Below are positions 51,232-63,344 of a stretch of 64,000 nucleotides of DNA, in pieces. Origin of the DNA: Squalus acanthias (taxonomy: Eukaryota); contig CM059446.1 in NCBI GenBank assembly GCA_030390025.1, positions 23,498,001-23,562,000 of the forward strand, given 5' to 3'. Each line of letters starts with the position of its first letter. Within the stretch, counting starts at the first letter, position 1. A program made the translations under genes and the position numbers. The notes beneath the pieces are model-generated. The model worked only from the letters and a program-made list of their open reading frames with translations. It was not told the DNA's origin and searched no databases.

Positions 51232-51652
51232 GAAAGAAAGAAGAAAGACTTGCATTTATATAGCACCTTTCAGGATCTCAGGATGCCACAAAGCGTTTTA
51301 CAACCAATGAAGTACTTTGAAGTGTAGTCACTGTTGTAATGTAGGCAATGTGGCAGCCAATTTGCATAGAGCAAGGTCCCACAAACAGCAATGAAATAAA
51401 TGATCAGGTCATTTGTTTTAGCGGTCAGATGAGGGAAAATGTTGGCCAGGAAACCAGGATAACTCCCTTGCTCTTCTTCGAATAGTGCCAGGGATCTTTA
51501 ACGTCTACCTGAGAGGGCAGATAGGGCGGGGCCTTGGTTTAACGTCTGATCCGAAAGACAGCACCTCCAACAGATCAGGACTCCCTCAGTACTGCACCGG
51601 AGTGCCAGCTTAGATTCTGTGCTTAAGTCTCTGGAGTGGAACTTGAACCCAT
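51232..51652 (-). mobile_element. Near full-length Deu-SINE, head interrupted by MITE A copy 3
   Basis: From the (AAAG)n tail through the Deu domain to B-box TTGAACCC; head resumes at 52307-52330 (ATGACCATCTGACTACAGAAGG). Confidence 0.82.
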
Positions 51653-52306
51653 GGGGGGGGAAAATTCGGTTGATTTGCGCCTCCCGTTAGCGCCCCAGGC
51701 GCAAAGCAACTAGTGCCTGGGCGCGGCACTGCTAACGCCTCCCGTGAAATTCAGCGGGAGGTTAGCAGCGGTGGTAACCGTTAGCGTCCTGTGGTGCTGC
51801 GCCGCCGGATAGCACCCCCTGACTTACCGCCGGACGCTATGTCCGACAGGGTCAGGCTACCTGCGGCCGGGGCGGCGCAAATTAAAGGGAAGGTGTTGGG
51901 CGGCCATTTTTGCTGCTGGCCGCCTGCCAGCACCTGCCCGCTTTGCCGTCCCTGGCCTTCTGTGCAGCCCCCCCACGGGGTGCCGGCTGCGATCCGTGAG
52001 CCCGGCACTTCTCTCGAGTGCCGGGCTCTTTTGCTGGCACTCCGATCCCTGGTGGCCCAGCTGGGCCCTGGGTCGCGCTGCACTAGGCCCCTCCCCTTTA
52101 CTAAGGGGAGGAAAGCCTGCAGTACCGCGGCGCGACGCAGCGCGTGGCACTACGGCACATCGCGCCGCGATATTCACTCGCAGCGTCCCAAGAGGGAGGC
52201 GGGGCGCTTCCAGTAGCGCCCCGCCTCCCTCTTGGGGCACTACCGGTGAATTTCGGGCGCGGGGGGGGGCGCTAACTTTTTCGGGGCACGACCCAATTTT
52301 TCCCCC
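51653..52306 (+). mobile_element. Harbinger-type MITE family A copy 3
   Basis: TIRs GGGGGGGAAAATT / AATTTTTCCCCC; 3-bp TSD (CAT or ATG). Confidence 0.85.
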
Positions 52307-53844
52307 ATGACCATCTGACTACAGAAGGTTTACACTGTGCCACGGTTGATTGAGTGTCTGAGTGATGTCCCAGTCGCTGAGCTCCCATTTGGAATGGGTG
52401 CTTCAAGGGACAAAAGAAAAATTTTGATTGAGGGTGATCCTCTCCTTAATTATTTTCCCATGTTGTTTTGGCATTCACTAACCAAATCGTTCAAGATGAC
52501 TGAAGTTTAAAAAATATTTAATTGAGCTGACCTCGCAATATGGTGCAAGGGTAGCTCACTTGGGTGCAGGTTCCGGCATCACAAGTCACCACATACTATA
52601 AAAAAGCATCGTCTCCAGGTAGAATTGTATATTTGCTCCAACAACAAGCTCTCAAGACAAAGAAACAAAGGAAATCTCACCACAAACAGCAGCTGTGGCT
52701 TCAATGTAAAAATGTCCAAATGCAATGGCCTGCTTAGTACTGTATTCACATAAAAATATATCATATAGAAATATTTTATGGCACAGGATGATGCCCACGT
52801 CCCGTCACAGCATCATCCTGTCACATTTAGCTCTTGTCCCTCTCCACAGAGGAAAAATGTTTTTCAACGACTTTTTCCACAAATATTACATACCTTTAAT
52901 AACACAAAATTAAGAGTTAGACAAAATTAATATCAATCAAAACATGAAGTTACAAATTGATTTGAAACAGAAATAGCATGTGTTATTTTTTTTTAAAGGG
53001 AAGTGAATATGGAAGGTGTGGGCTGCTTGTGAAATTATGCTGATTCAGTAATAAATTAACTGAACCAATAGAAGTGCCTGTACAGGACCAGATACTAAAC
53101 TTTATGCTTACAGAATCTGTAAAAGAAGCTACTAATTTTAGCATGACATATATAATAATAGATTGTATTTCCCTCAAACAGAGTAACTTGGCTGAACCGT
53201 TGGCATATTTCATTTTTAATTAAACTCCTGACAGGCAGATCTAGCCCTACTAATGATACCACCTCAGCAAAGTCACTGAACCCAATCATCTGGCAAGCAC
53301 CAACTATGCAGACATCGTTCAACAAGCAGAAGCACAATGTTAACAATGTACAAGTGGTCCTTTATTACCATCAGATTCATGCCAGTTCACACATGATTAG
53401 TCAAGCACACTATTACAGACCTGATCAGAGAATTATCTTATCTGTTTGGATACCTGCCAGCATGTTTGGCAGCCCAAAAAGCCAAAGATGCATTTGGGGA
53501 CAGCCCCAGTAGAACTCCAACAGGAGCAGGTAACTGTTTGCATTAAGTTGTCAGAGAAACATCACTGTTACTGTTGTAATATCCCAACTTACTCCAGAGG
53601 TACACAATTACGACTGAGCTGATCGAGACGTCAATTCAAGGTGTTTTACTTTGCATTGTGATTGTCTTGCCAGAATAGAAGACCCATTCTATGGATTTTG
53701 TGGGCTGCTGGACTCAGCTCTGCCTCTGGCCCATTAAATGCTCAGAGTTGATTAGTGCACCTGGCTTCGTGACATCATAAATGTGAAGCAGCACTGTCGC
53801 TTGTAAATTCCCCTGCAGAGTAGTGCATTCTAAAAAGCTCTGTT

Positions 53845-54110
53845 GAGGGGTAGGCCATTTAAGACCGAGATGAGGAGGAATTTCTTCACTCAGAGGGTTG
53901 TGAATCTTTGGAATTCTCTGTCCCAGAGGGCTGTGGATGCTGAGTCTTTGAGTATATTCAAGGCTGAGATCGATAGATTTTTGGACTCTAGGGGAATCAA
54001 GGGCGGGAAAGTGGAGTTGAGGTCGATGATCAACCATGATCTTATTGAATGGCGGAGCAGGCTCGAGGGGCCGTATGGCCTACTCCTGATCCTATTTCTT
54101 ATGTTCTTGA
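53845..54110 (+). mobile_element. CR1 LINE 3' fragment
   Basis: RGRPFKTEMRRNFFTQRVVNLWNSLSQRAVDAESLSIFKAEIDRFL plus tail. Confidence 0.88.
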
Positions 54111-54949
54111 TGTGTGGAGAATGGAAAGAATGAATAGCAAGTTTTCTTGCAATAAAAAAAAGTTAGTTCCTGAATGTTAATTTTTTTTTGTTTGTTTCTT
54201 AATTCTGCTTAGTCTTTGCTCTCTGGCCCCATCCCAAACCGACTCTCTTCTGGGGACATCGTCCATCTCTGCTCTGATCCCCGATTCTACTTCCATCTGT
54301 TGGATGCTGCCTCAGCCAATAGCACCATAGCACCAGTTACCAACACTCTTTGTCTTCAAGCCTCACAGTAATTTATAGTTATTGCATTCAAAAATCTTAC
54401 TACTCCACTGCTGCTCACCTGGACATTGACTGCACTCTCATCATCCTCGCCGCTCGACTTGCTCCCCCTACACTCGGCCGCTCTTATGAAAGCCAAAGCA
54501 CTGAGGGATGAAACCAAACCACAAAAGCACCTGGTAGATTGGGCAACCATACTCTTGTCTCCATGGTTAAGGAACCAGGGGGTTGATAATCGCAATGTTG
54601 CTGTGGAGAGTCTCCAAAACCTCCAGGAACTGACACTACCCATGAGCTCAAAACAGCTTGCACTCAATGCAGCCACGAATGAACCCTCACACTAAGGCAG
54701 ACTACCTCAGGATTTCTGTCCACCAAACAACCCTGGGCCACTTCTCCCTATTGCATCCTCTGGATTACTGCCACTAACAGCCTGGATAATCGACATCCAA
54801 CAACTTCCAACTTCAAACCATCTGTCTGACAGCTGCTCAAAATCTTGCATTTTGCCCACTACATAGCCTCACAGCTCAATCTGAACTCTGCTGCATGACT
54901 CCAATCACTCAGACATCAGTAATCAATATATTCATAACTCTTAAGACAC

Positions 54950-55455
54950 TTCACAGAGGAAGAAACTCAACATTGAGCCTTTGTGGGAAAGTTAAATAAA
55001 GTGGCCGAAGGCTTATTTGAAGAGATGGCTATTAAGGATGCGTTTAAAATTAGCGAGAGTGGTGAGGTGGAGGGGTCTAAGAATGGAATTCTACACAGTA
55101 GGGCTAATATGATTAAAGGCTGTGCCGCCAATGATAGAATGGACAGAGGAGAAAAGGCCAGAGCTAGTAGACCCGAGGGGAGGCAAAACTAGAAGGAAGG
55201 ACAGTTGTAGGGCAGATAAACCCGTGGAGGATATGTAGTTGACAACAAAGGTTTTAAATTTGACGCTTTGAGTTTAGGGAGCCAGTGCAGGTCAGCGAGA
55301 TTGGGGTTAATGGGCGAGTGGGACTTGGTGCAGGACAGCATACAGGCAGTGGAATTTTGGAGAAATTGGAGTTTATGGACAGTGGAGGTCAGGACACAGT
55401 TAGGAGACATTGGAGAAATTGAGTTTAAAGATGGCAAAGCATGGATAAGAGTTAT
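54950..55455 (-). mobile_element. Old L2 fragment
   Basis: KLQFLQNSTA..HSPINPNLADLHWLP on -. Confidence 0.65.
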
Positions 55456-55974
55456 CTAGTGATCTCTGCTAGAAGGAACAAAAGCGGATGTTAGCAAAGG
55501 ACAAGATTGACTTGAGCTGTGAAGCAACACAAAGTCTCTTCCTGTCAATTGTCAAATAACTAGCCAATTATAAGCTATTTCACTATCCATTGCTTAGTTA
55601 CTGAATTATCTAGAGTCTTCGAACTACAACAACTTTCTTGAATTCCGTAGCTCCCTGAATCAGTTAAAACGGAAACAAAATGAGCGTTGAACAGTAGAAC
55701 CTATGGTCCACGTTTGATTCATGTGGTGCCACATAAAATAAGGCAATTTCTTAGTTTAAATGAAATTGGGAGACACCGTTTGAAAGAAAACTCGGATGAT
55801 GCCCAAGGACCATTTCATTTTCATGCCAAATCAATTAAGATTTATCTGCTGCACAACTGGCATATCTATCAATCACCAGATCTGGCTGGACCACTTCAAG
55901 CTCTACCATGCCTCATTCTCCTCTTCCAAAACCCCACACTACACCAGAATCATCCTATGCTAGGGTAATCCAGA

Positions 55975-57320
55975 GCGTAGGGAAAGGGTGATGCACAAGA
56001 GTGCCAGAGTCAGAGGAAGAGAGATTACATGGGGGTGGGGCTTGTAGGGCTGAAGGAGGTCACAGATATAGGGAGGTGTGGTCATGAAGGGATTTAAACA
56101 CGAGGATGAGAATTTTAAATTTAAGGAGTTGGGGACCGGGAGCCAACGTAGGTCAGTGAGGATAGGGGTGATGGGCAAGCAGGACTTGGTAGGGGATAGG
56201 ATATGGAGGAGCTGAAGTTTGTGGAGAGTAGAGGATGATAGGACGGCCAGGAGAGCATTGTAGTAGTCGACTTTGGAGACGACAAAGGCATGGATAAAGG
56301 CAGGTGGTTTGAGGTAGGAGCAGAGACAGGTGATGTTATGGAGTTTGATGCAGGTGATCTTTGTGATGGAGAGGATATGAAGTTGGAAGCTCAGCTTGGG
56401 GTGTAAGAGAACAACGAGATCGTGAACTGTGGTTCAGCCTGATACAATGGCCGGGGAGGGAGATGGAATTGGTAGCAAGAGTATGACGTTTGTAGCAGAG
56501 GCTGAAAACGATGGCATCAGTCTTCCCAACATTTAACTGGAGAAAATTGTGGCTTCTCCAAGACTGGATGCTGAACAAGTAGTCTGACAGCACACAAGCT
56601 GTGGAGGCAGGTGGTGGCGAGCTAGAGCTGGGTGTCATCAGCATATGTGGAAGCTGACCCCAGGTAGATGAGGAAGAGGAGATGGCTGAGGATAGATCCC
56701 TGGAAGGCTACAGAGGTAATAGTGCAGGGGCAGGAAGAAAAGCTATTGCTGTAGAAGCTCTGGCTGCAATCGAATGGGCAAGACTGAAACCAAGTGAAGG
56801 CAGTCCCACGGAGATGCATAACAGAGGAAAGGTGTCGCAGGAGGATGATGTGATCGACCGTGTCAAATGCTGCAAAGAGGTCGAGGAGGGATAATTCACC
56901 GGTCACAGACAATGCCATTTGTGACTTCAGTTGGGGCTGTTTGACTGCTGTGGCAAGGGTGGAAACCCGAGTGGAGAGATTAAAACAGGAAATTACAGGA
57001 AAGATGGTCATGGATTTAGGAGGTGTCAACACACTCTGTGTGGAGGAAAGGAAGGTTGGAGATGGTAATTCACAAGGACAGAGGGGTTAAGGGTGAGTTT
57101 TGTGAGTAGGGATGTCATCACTGGTTTTGAAAGCCAGGCAGTCAGTATCTGAGGAAAGGGAACCATTTAAAATGTTAGCGAGCAAGGGGGCCAGGAAGGA
57201 AAGTTAGGTGGGTAGCAGATTAGTGGGAATGGGGTTAATGGAGCAGGAGGTGGGTTTTATAGACAAGATGAGCTCCAGGAGAGCATGAGGGAAAATAGGA
57301 GAGAAACTAGAGATAAATAC
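55975..57320 (-). mobile_element. L2 LINE ORF2 fragment (RT), decayed
   Basis: LLDLFAAFDTVDHIILL, QGSIL, YADDTQL, FLQLNVGKT, PITPILTDLRWLP on -. Confidence 0.8.
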
Positions 57321-57389
57321 AAGGATAGGAGAGCATGGTGCAAGAGGAATCTATGTGACCTGACTTTTATCCCTGATTCAGAGTCTGAT

Positions 57390-58270
57390 TTAAGAACACA
57401 AGATCATAAGAAATAGGAACAGGAGTAGGCCATATGGCCGCTTGAGCCTGCTCCACCATTCAATAAGATCATGGCTGATCTTTGACCTCAACTGCACTTT
57501 CCCGCCCAATCTCCATATCCCTTGATTCCCTTAGAGTCCAAAAATCTATCTATCTCAGCCTTAAATATACTCAACGACTCAGCATCCACAGCCCTTTGGG
57601 GTAGAGAATTCCAAAGATTCACAACCCTCTGATTAAAGAAATTCCTCCTCATCTCAGTCCTAAATGGCCGACCCCTTATCCTGAGACTATGCCCCTTAGT
57701 TCTCGACTCTCCAGCCAGGGGAAACAGCCTCACAACATCTACCCTGTCAATCCCCCTCAGAATCTTATATGGTTCAATGAGATCACCTCTCATTCTTCTA
57801 AACTCCAGGGAGTATAGGCCCATTCTACTTAATCTCTCTTCAAAGGAAAACTCTCTCATCCCAGGAATCAATCTAGTATATCCTTCCTTAGGTACGGAGA
57901 CCAAAACTGTACACAGTGCTCCAGGTGTGGTCTCACCAAGGCCCTGTACAATTGCAGCAAGACTTCCTTGCTCTTGTACTCCAACCCCCTTGCAATAAAG
58001 GCCAACATGCCATTTGCCTTCCTAATTGCTTGCTGTACCTGCATGTTAATTTTGTGTTTTGTGTACAAGGACACCCAAATCCCTCTGAACACCAACATTT
58101 AATAGTTACTCACGATTTTAAAATTATTCTGTTTTTCTATTCTTCAAAGTGAATAACCTCACATTTCCCCATATTATACTTCATCTGCCACCTTCTTGCC
58201 CACTCCCTCTACCTACCTATATCCCTTTGCAGATTGTGTGTCCTCCTCACAGCTTACTTTCCCACCTAGC
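57390..58270 (-). mobile_element. CR1 LINE 3' fragment
   Basis: QVQQAIRKANGMLAFIARGLEYKSKEVLLQLYRALVRPHLEHCVQFWSPY; FFNQRVVNLWNSLPQ; tail. Confidence 0.9.
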
Positions 58271-59349
58271 TTTGTAAGTTAGATTTTATTTTAATATGGT
58301 GCCGCCCAAACAGAAATTCTGTTACAATTGTCGCAGGACCGAAGGTAAACGACATCTCTCCCATACCCCAGGCAAAATTACAGCAACTAGCAATTCTGAT
58401 TATTGTTTGTTGGTGTAAACATATAGAGTACGGATCAAAAGCAGATTTCCAAACTGTTCTGTCCAGTTCCACTAAGGAGCGCTGCACCATACTAGTTTTC
58501 AATAAGTCCGTGTAACATCACTGCGCTTACCATTACTACACTAAAATATTGGTTTCCTGCAAGTGATTAATGTTTTGTTCTGGTTTTTGAAATTGATGTA
58601 ATAAAAATGCTTGTATTGTCTCCAAGAGCTGTTGAGTATGTCGTATTCAGGAAGTGGCAGTGTGTGGAGAGAAATAAATTCCCCGGCAATCAGACGATGA
58701 CTTCCTGCATGAGCTTCCTGCAGTTAGAAACCCAACAGCGCAATGCATCGCTGCCAGCATTCAGCACAAATCTTTGGTTCATCCATAGTGTTCCTGTTGC
58801 TTGTTTTATTTTCAACAGAAACTGAAAGTCCAATTTCCACTGGACTTTGATGTTGGTTTACTCCTCAGTCAGCTAATGCCACTTAATGGGGATGTGGTTA
58901 ATAGGGCAATTTTCACCGACACTAACAGACTCACAGAAACTTAAAACCAAATTGTTATTTTTTTCCCACTGTGATTTGCGATCACCTGGGCAGGTTTGTT
59001 ATAAATCATAGTTTGTTCTCCCCATTCTTGCTTCTTTCAAAATAAAACAGCGAGTGTTGAGAGCTCAGATGACATCAATACAATTCTGGGTTTGTTTGGC
59101 AAAAATGGAGTTAACTGAGGAATAAATCTGGCACACCACAATTGTACTGATTAATAAATACTTGATTTTCAAATTGCATTGTTAAATACATTTGTGTAAT
59201 CTATACATATTATCTCATACAAGTTTTGTTACTTTTTGTATCACATTATTAAAATATATTCAAGGTCAAAAATAAGCGCTACTTTTTGGTGAAAACAAGA
59301 CTTCCCATATAGTTTGCCTTGTTTTACCGGTTTTATTGCCAATCTTCTA

Positions 59350-59795
59350 CATAGAAACAGGAGGAGGCCATTCAGCCCTTCGAGCCTGTTCCGTCATTCA
59401 ATTAGATCAGGGCTGAGTTGTATCTCAACTCCATTTACCCACCTTGGTTCCATATTCCTTAATACCCTTGCCTAATAAAAATGTTTAATTGACTCCTAGC
59501 CCACAGCTTTTTTGGGGGGGATGGGGGAGTTCCAGATTTCCACTCCCCTTTTTGTGACGAAGTGCTTCCTGACATCACCTCTGAACGGCCTGGCTCTAAT
59601 TTTAAGGTTATGCCCCCTTGTTCTGGACTCCCCCACCAGAGGAAATAGTTTCTCTCTATCTACCCTATCAAATCCTTTAATCATCTTAAACACCTCAACT
59701 AGATCATCCTTTAGTCTTCTATACGCAAGGGAATACAAGCCTAGTCTATGAGGCCTGTCCTCATAATTTAACCCTTTTAGCCCCAGTATCATTCT
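59350..59795 (-). mobile_element. CR1 LINE 3' fragment
   Basis: LGLYSLAYRRLKDDLVEVFKMIKGFDRVDREKLFPL..TRGHNLKI. Confidence 0.85.
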
Positions 59796-59869
59796 CCTCT
59801 CCCCTTGGTGCTGACTCCTTGCTGGAGTACAGTTTTGTGGGTGCTGTTCACCCTCGGGTATCTTGCCCA

Positions 59870-60150
59870 AATATCCATTACTTACACAAAGATTGGATGG
59901 TATTTTACCATCAGGTATCACAATCAAGCATCATCCTGTCCTCACATGATCTACACACAGGCACGGGGGATACTGGATAGTGATCAGAGCACGAATTCTG
60001 CCTAATTTTCCTCCCTAACCAAAGGGCGCTGAAGCCAATTGTGGTGCCCTTACTACTACGCCAGCTGATTTTCACATAGGCCAGGAATCAAACCTGGATT
60101 GTACAGCTCAGTTGCTCACTAGCTAACTTTGTTCAGTCAGCAGGTGATCC
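59870..60150 (-). mobile_element. Old tRNA-derived SINE (family of 7305-7685)
   Basis: ACTGGATAGTGATCAG..GGGCGCTGAAGCCAATTGTGGTGCCC is the reverse complement of the shared core. Confidence 0.55.
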
Positions 60151-62294
60151 CCAATTTCTTGTTAAGTTATCTTTTTCATTTCTCTTTCAAGTGGATCTCT
60201 CTTGCACCAAACACCAACCCAGGCAAGTGATCTGCTCACAAGGCTTTTTCAATGCTGTCCCAAAACCAATACTGCACTGCTCAGTGTAGAAGTATGAAAC
60301 TGCTGGCAAATGCTGGGTGGCTCAGTAGCAAAGTTCATAAAATCACCAGCTCCATCACGTGGTGAGTGTCCAAATGCTGCTGTGAACAGGCATTGAGGGG
60401 TAGACACAAGGAAGGAAAAGTGGAAAGCCAAGTCCAGGCACTCATATGCACTTCACCTTGAAGTACATGAGCTGTAGAGCAGCTTTGGTCACCCACTTTC
60501 TTGACTGAGCCACCAAGGTGCAACGGAACACTTGAAATTTGTAGCTCAATCTTCCTACAATCACCAGTAGTTGCAGCTTAACATCTCCAACTCATCTGAA
60601 AGCACCCTCCTTACCCTCAATGCAGAACCCCCATCACCCTTTAATTGAAAATCAGATCCGCTCTTGAAATTGTTCTTAATTCCAGTTACAACATATCTAG
60701 AATTTGAAAGGTCAGGCAATAGAAACCCCTCCCCTGGAGCTACTATTCAACCCCGAAACTCCCTCTACTGAGCAATAGTTCTTGAATAGCTTCAAACTCA
60801 CATTCACTCCCCAACACCCCCACCTCCTGGAACAGAAACAGCTCGACTGAACCAGAAGCCTTTCCCCCTCGCTGAGCAGACATTCAAGCACTGGACCGCA
60901 AGCCAACATTGATCCTCAACCTCACCTCCTACTGAGCAAAGATTTCCGGATTGGAGCAGAAACCCGCTCCCGGAACAGAAATGCTGGGTTTGGATCAAAC
61001 ACTTCGCATCCCAAAGAGCAAAATTTTGGGACATTATACACTCCCTACATTGAGCATAAATATCAGTATCGAACTGTAACTCCCCATTAGAGTTCTACAA
61101 TCTACTGAGCCGAGAGAGCACAAATGTTGCCCCGCACAGCACTGAACATCCCTCTCCCACATGGAATAGAAGTATCTAGAGTATACCTCAGCCCCATGTT
61201 AGATTTCTTCCCTCCTCTCCACCTCTGCTTTCCCTTTCCTCTTCCTTACCTCCTGCACCTCCCTACCTCTGCCCACCACACCTCTCTCCAATCTCTTGTT
61301 CTTGCCCCTTCCCTTTCACTGTGCTCCCACCTGCCTCCTTCCTCCCTCTTCTTGGTCCAAATCAATAATCCCTTGCCCTTGAACCCTGCTTGACCTGTAT
61401 ACTGAACTTGGTCTTGATTACCCAGCTGAAATGCCACAGGAGATCAACTAGTATATTTTAAAGAGAAAGCTTTAACTTTAAAGTAGAAAACAGTTGCAGC
61501 TGGCAAGTGGCAATAACCTAAATCACAGAGATGACCGCACAATTTCCTTTTCTCACTCTTCAACAACGAAAAACATTACACATTAAAAGCTTCCTGATTT
61601 GATGACCCAAATACTGATCAAAGTGAAGAACCAGTGATATAAATGTTATTTGCACTGCACTTGGAACAGCGCCATTGAATATGGCAAAATCCACTCATCA
61701 TATGGGATACTCAGATCTAAACCATCAGATTTAAGCGTTCAAATAGTCAAAACAAAAAGGAGACTGGATCTAAAATATCTGATTGAACAGCTAAAAAGCA
61801 AGATTCAGATTAACATGTTACAAGACATAGGGACCCTCTTGGAAACACTAAAACTCTTTCAATGTTGCTGAAGTGAAGGTCCCTAGTTTTATTTGAACAG
61901 AAAATCCATCATCTGTCATAATCTACTGGTAATTTTTGTTTATTGAAGAAAAGGCAGCTCTCTGGTGGCAAGTACTTATTCCAAGCAAATACCGCAGGTA
62001 TTTATTTACTACACCTCTACTATATACCAAAAGGAAAGTCAATGCAACTAAGTAGATGCACTGAAATGGGATCTCCTTAGTTGATGGCACTGAACCATGT
62101 CTGCCTCTCGTGACCATTCTGCATTTTTTTTTAAAAAGAGAACTCCTGGGAGCAAGAGAATAATATTTTCTGGTCTTTAAGTATTCCAAGAAAGACTATT
62201 TTGAAATAAAAGACTTATCAAAAGTATTTCCCATCTGACAGGAAATATTTTCCATTTTGTTACTGTAAAAACCAGAAACTTAACTGGACCAGCC

Positions 62295-62785
62295 ACACGA
62301 CAACGCAAAATCGTCGAGCAGAAACGGATAGCCAAGTTCCGCACCCATGAGGACGGCCTCAACTGGGATCTTGGGTTCATGTCACGCTACATGTAACCCC
62401 ACCTGACGTAGTGTCATCCAGACTCGAGTCAGGCTTGTTCTCTCTACACAGATGCGGCTGGACCTGCTGTGATTTCCAGCAAAAAAAGTTTTTTGTTTTC
62501 CATACAGACCCCAGCATCTGCCACATTGTCTTTGATGTAATGTTTTCCTGACTGACCTGTTTGGACACCATCCACACCTTTGATTGCCGTGATTATCTCT
62601 CTGCCGAGGTGTGATAAAGGGCAGTTAGAAAGATTAACTGTAATCATCTGGCAGTGTTCTCTATGACTATATATGCTGTGCCTATATGCATCTCTTCACT
62701 TCACCTGACGAAGGAGCAGCGCTCCGAAAGCTTGTGATTTCAAATAAAGCTGTTGGACTATAACCTGGTGTGGTGCGACTTCTCA
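62295..62785 (+). mobile_element. Penelope-like element 3' fragment, copy 2
   Basis: Same RKIVEQKRIAKFRTHEDGLNWDLGFMSRY coding end and same 3' terminus as 17223-17731. Confidence 0.8.
62701..62737 (+). ncRNA. Minimal type I hammerhead ribozyme motif
   Basis: TCAC-CTGACGA-A-GGAGC(AGC)GCTCC-GAAA-GCT-T-GTGA; perfect TCAC/GTGA stem I. Confidence 0.65.
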
Positions 62786-63344
62786 CATAAATACTGTGGC
62801 AACAAGAGCAGGTCAGAGGCTGGGTATTCTGCGGCGGGTGTCTCACCTTTTGACTCCCCAAAGCCTTTCCACCATCTACAAGGCACAAGTCAGGAGTGTG
62901 ATGGAATACTCTCCACTTGCCTGGATGAGTGCAGCTCCAACAACACTCAAGAAGCTCAACACCATCCAGCACAAAGCAGCCTGCTTGATTGGCACCCCAT
63001 CCACCACCTTAAACATTCACTCCCTCCACCACCGGCGTATCGTGGCTGCAGTGTGTACCATCTACAAGATGCACGGCAGCAACTCGCCAAGGCTTCTTCG
63101 GCAGCACCTCCCAAACCCACGACCTCTTCCACCTAGAAGGACAAGGGCAGCAGGCGCATGGGAACACCACCACCTCCAAGTTCCCCTCCAAGTCACACAC
63201 CATCCTAACTTGGAAGTATATCGCCGCTCCTTCATCATCGCTGGGTCAAAATCCTGGAACTCCCTCCCTAACAGTACTGTGGGAGTACCTTCACCACACG
63301 GACTGCAGCAGTTCAAGAAGGCGGCTCACCACCACCTTCTCAAG
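62786..63344 (+). mobile_element. LINE (CR1/L2 group, distinct family) ORF2 C-terminal fragment
   Basis: RAGQRLGILRR..TIYKAQVRSVMEYSPLAW..SLHHRR..SWNSLP..LQQFK; post-RT region. Confidence 0.8.

Noticed and set aside
60457-60523. Candidate BMPR1A first coding exon ending HVLQG with a GTGAAG donor
   Set aside because: No in-frame ATG, no hydrophobic signal core, weak donor
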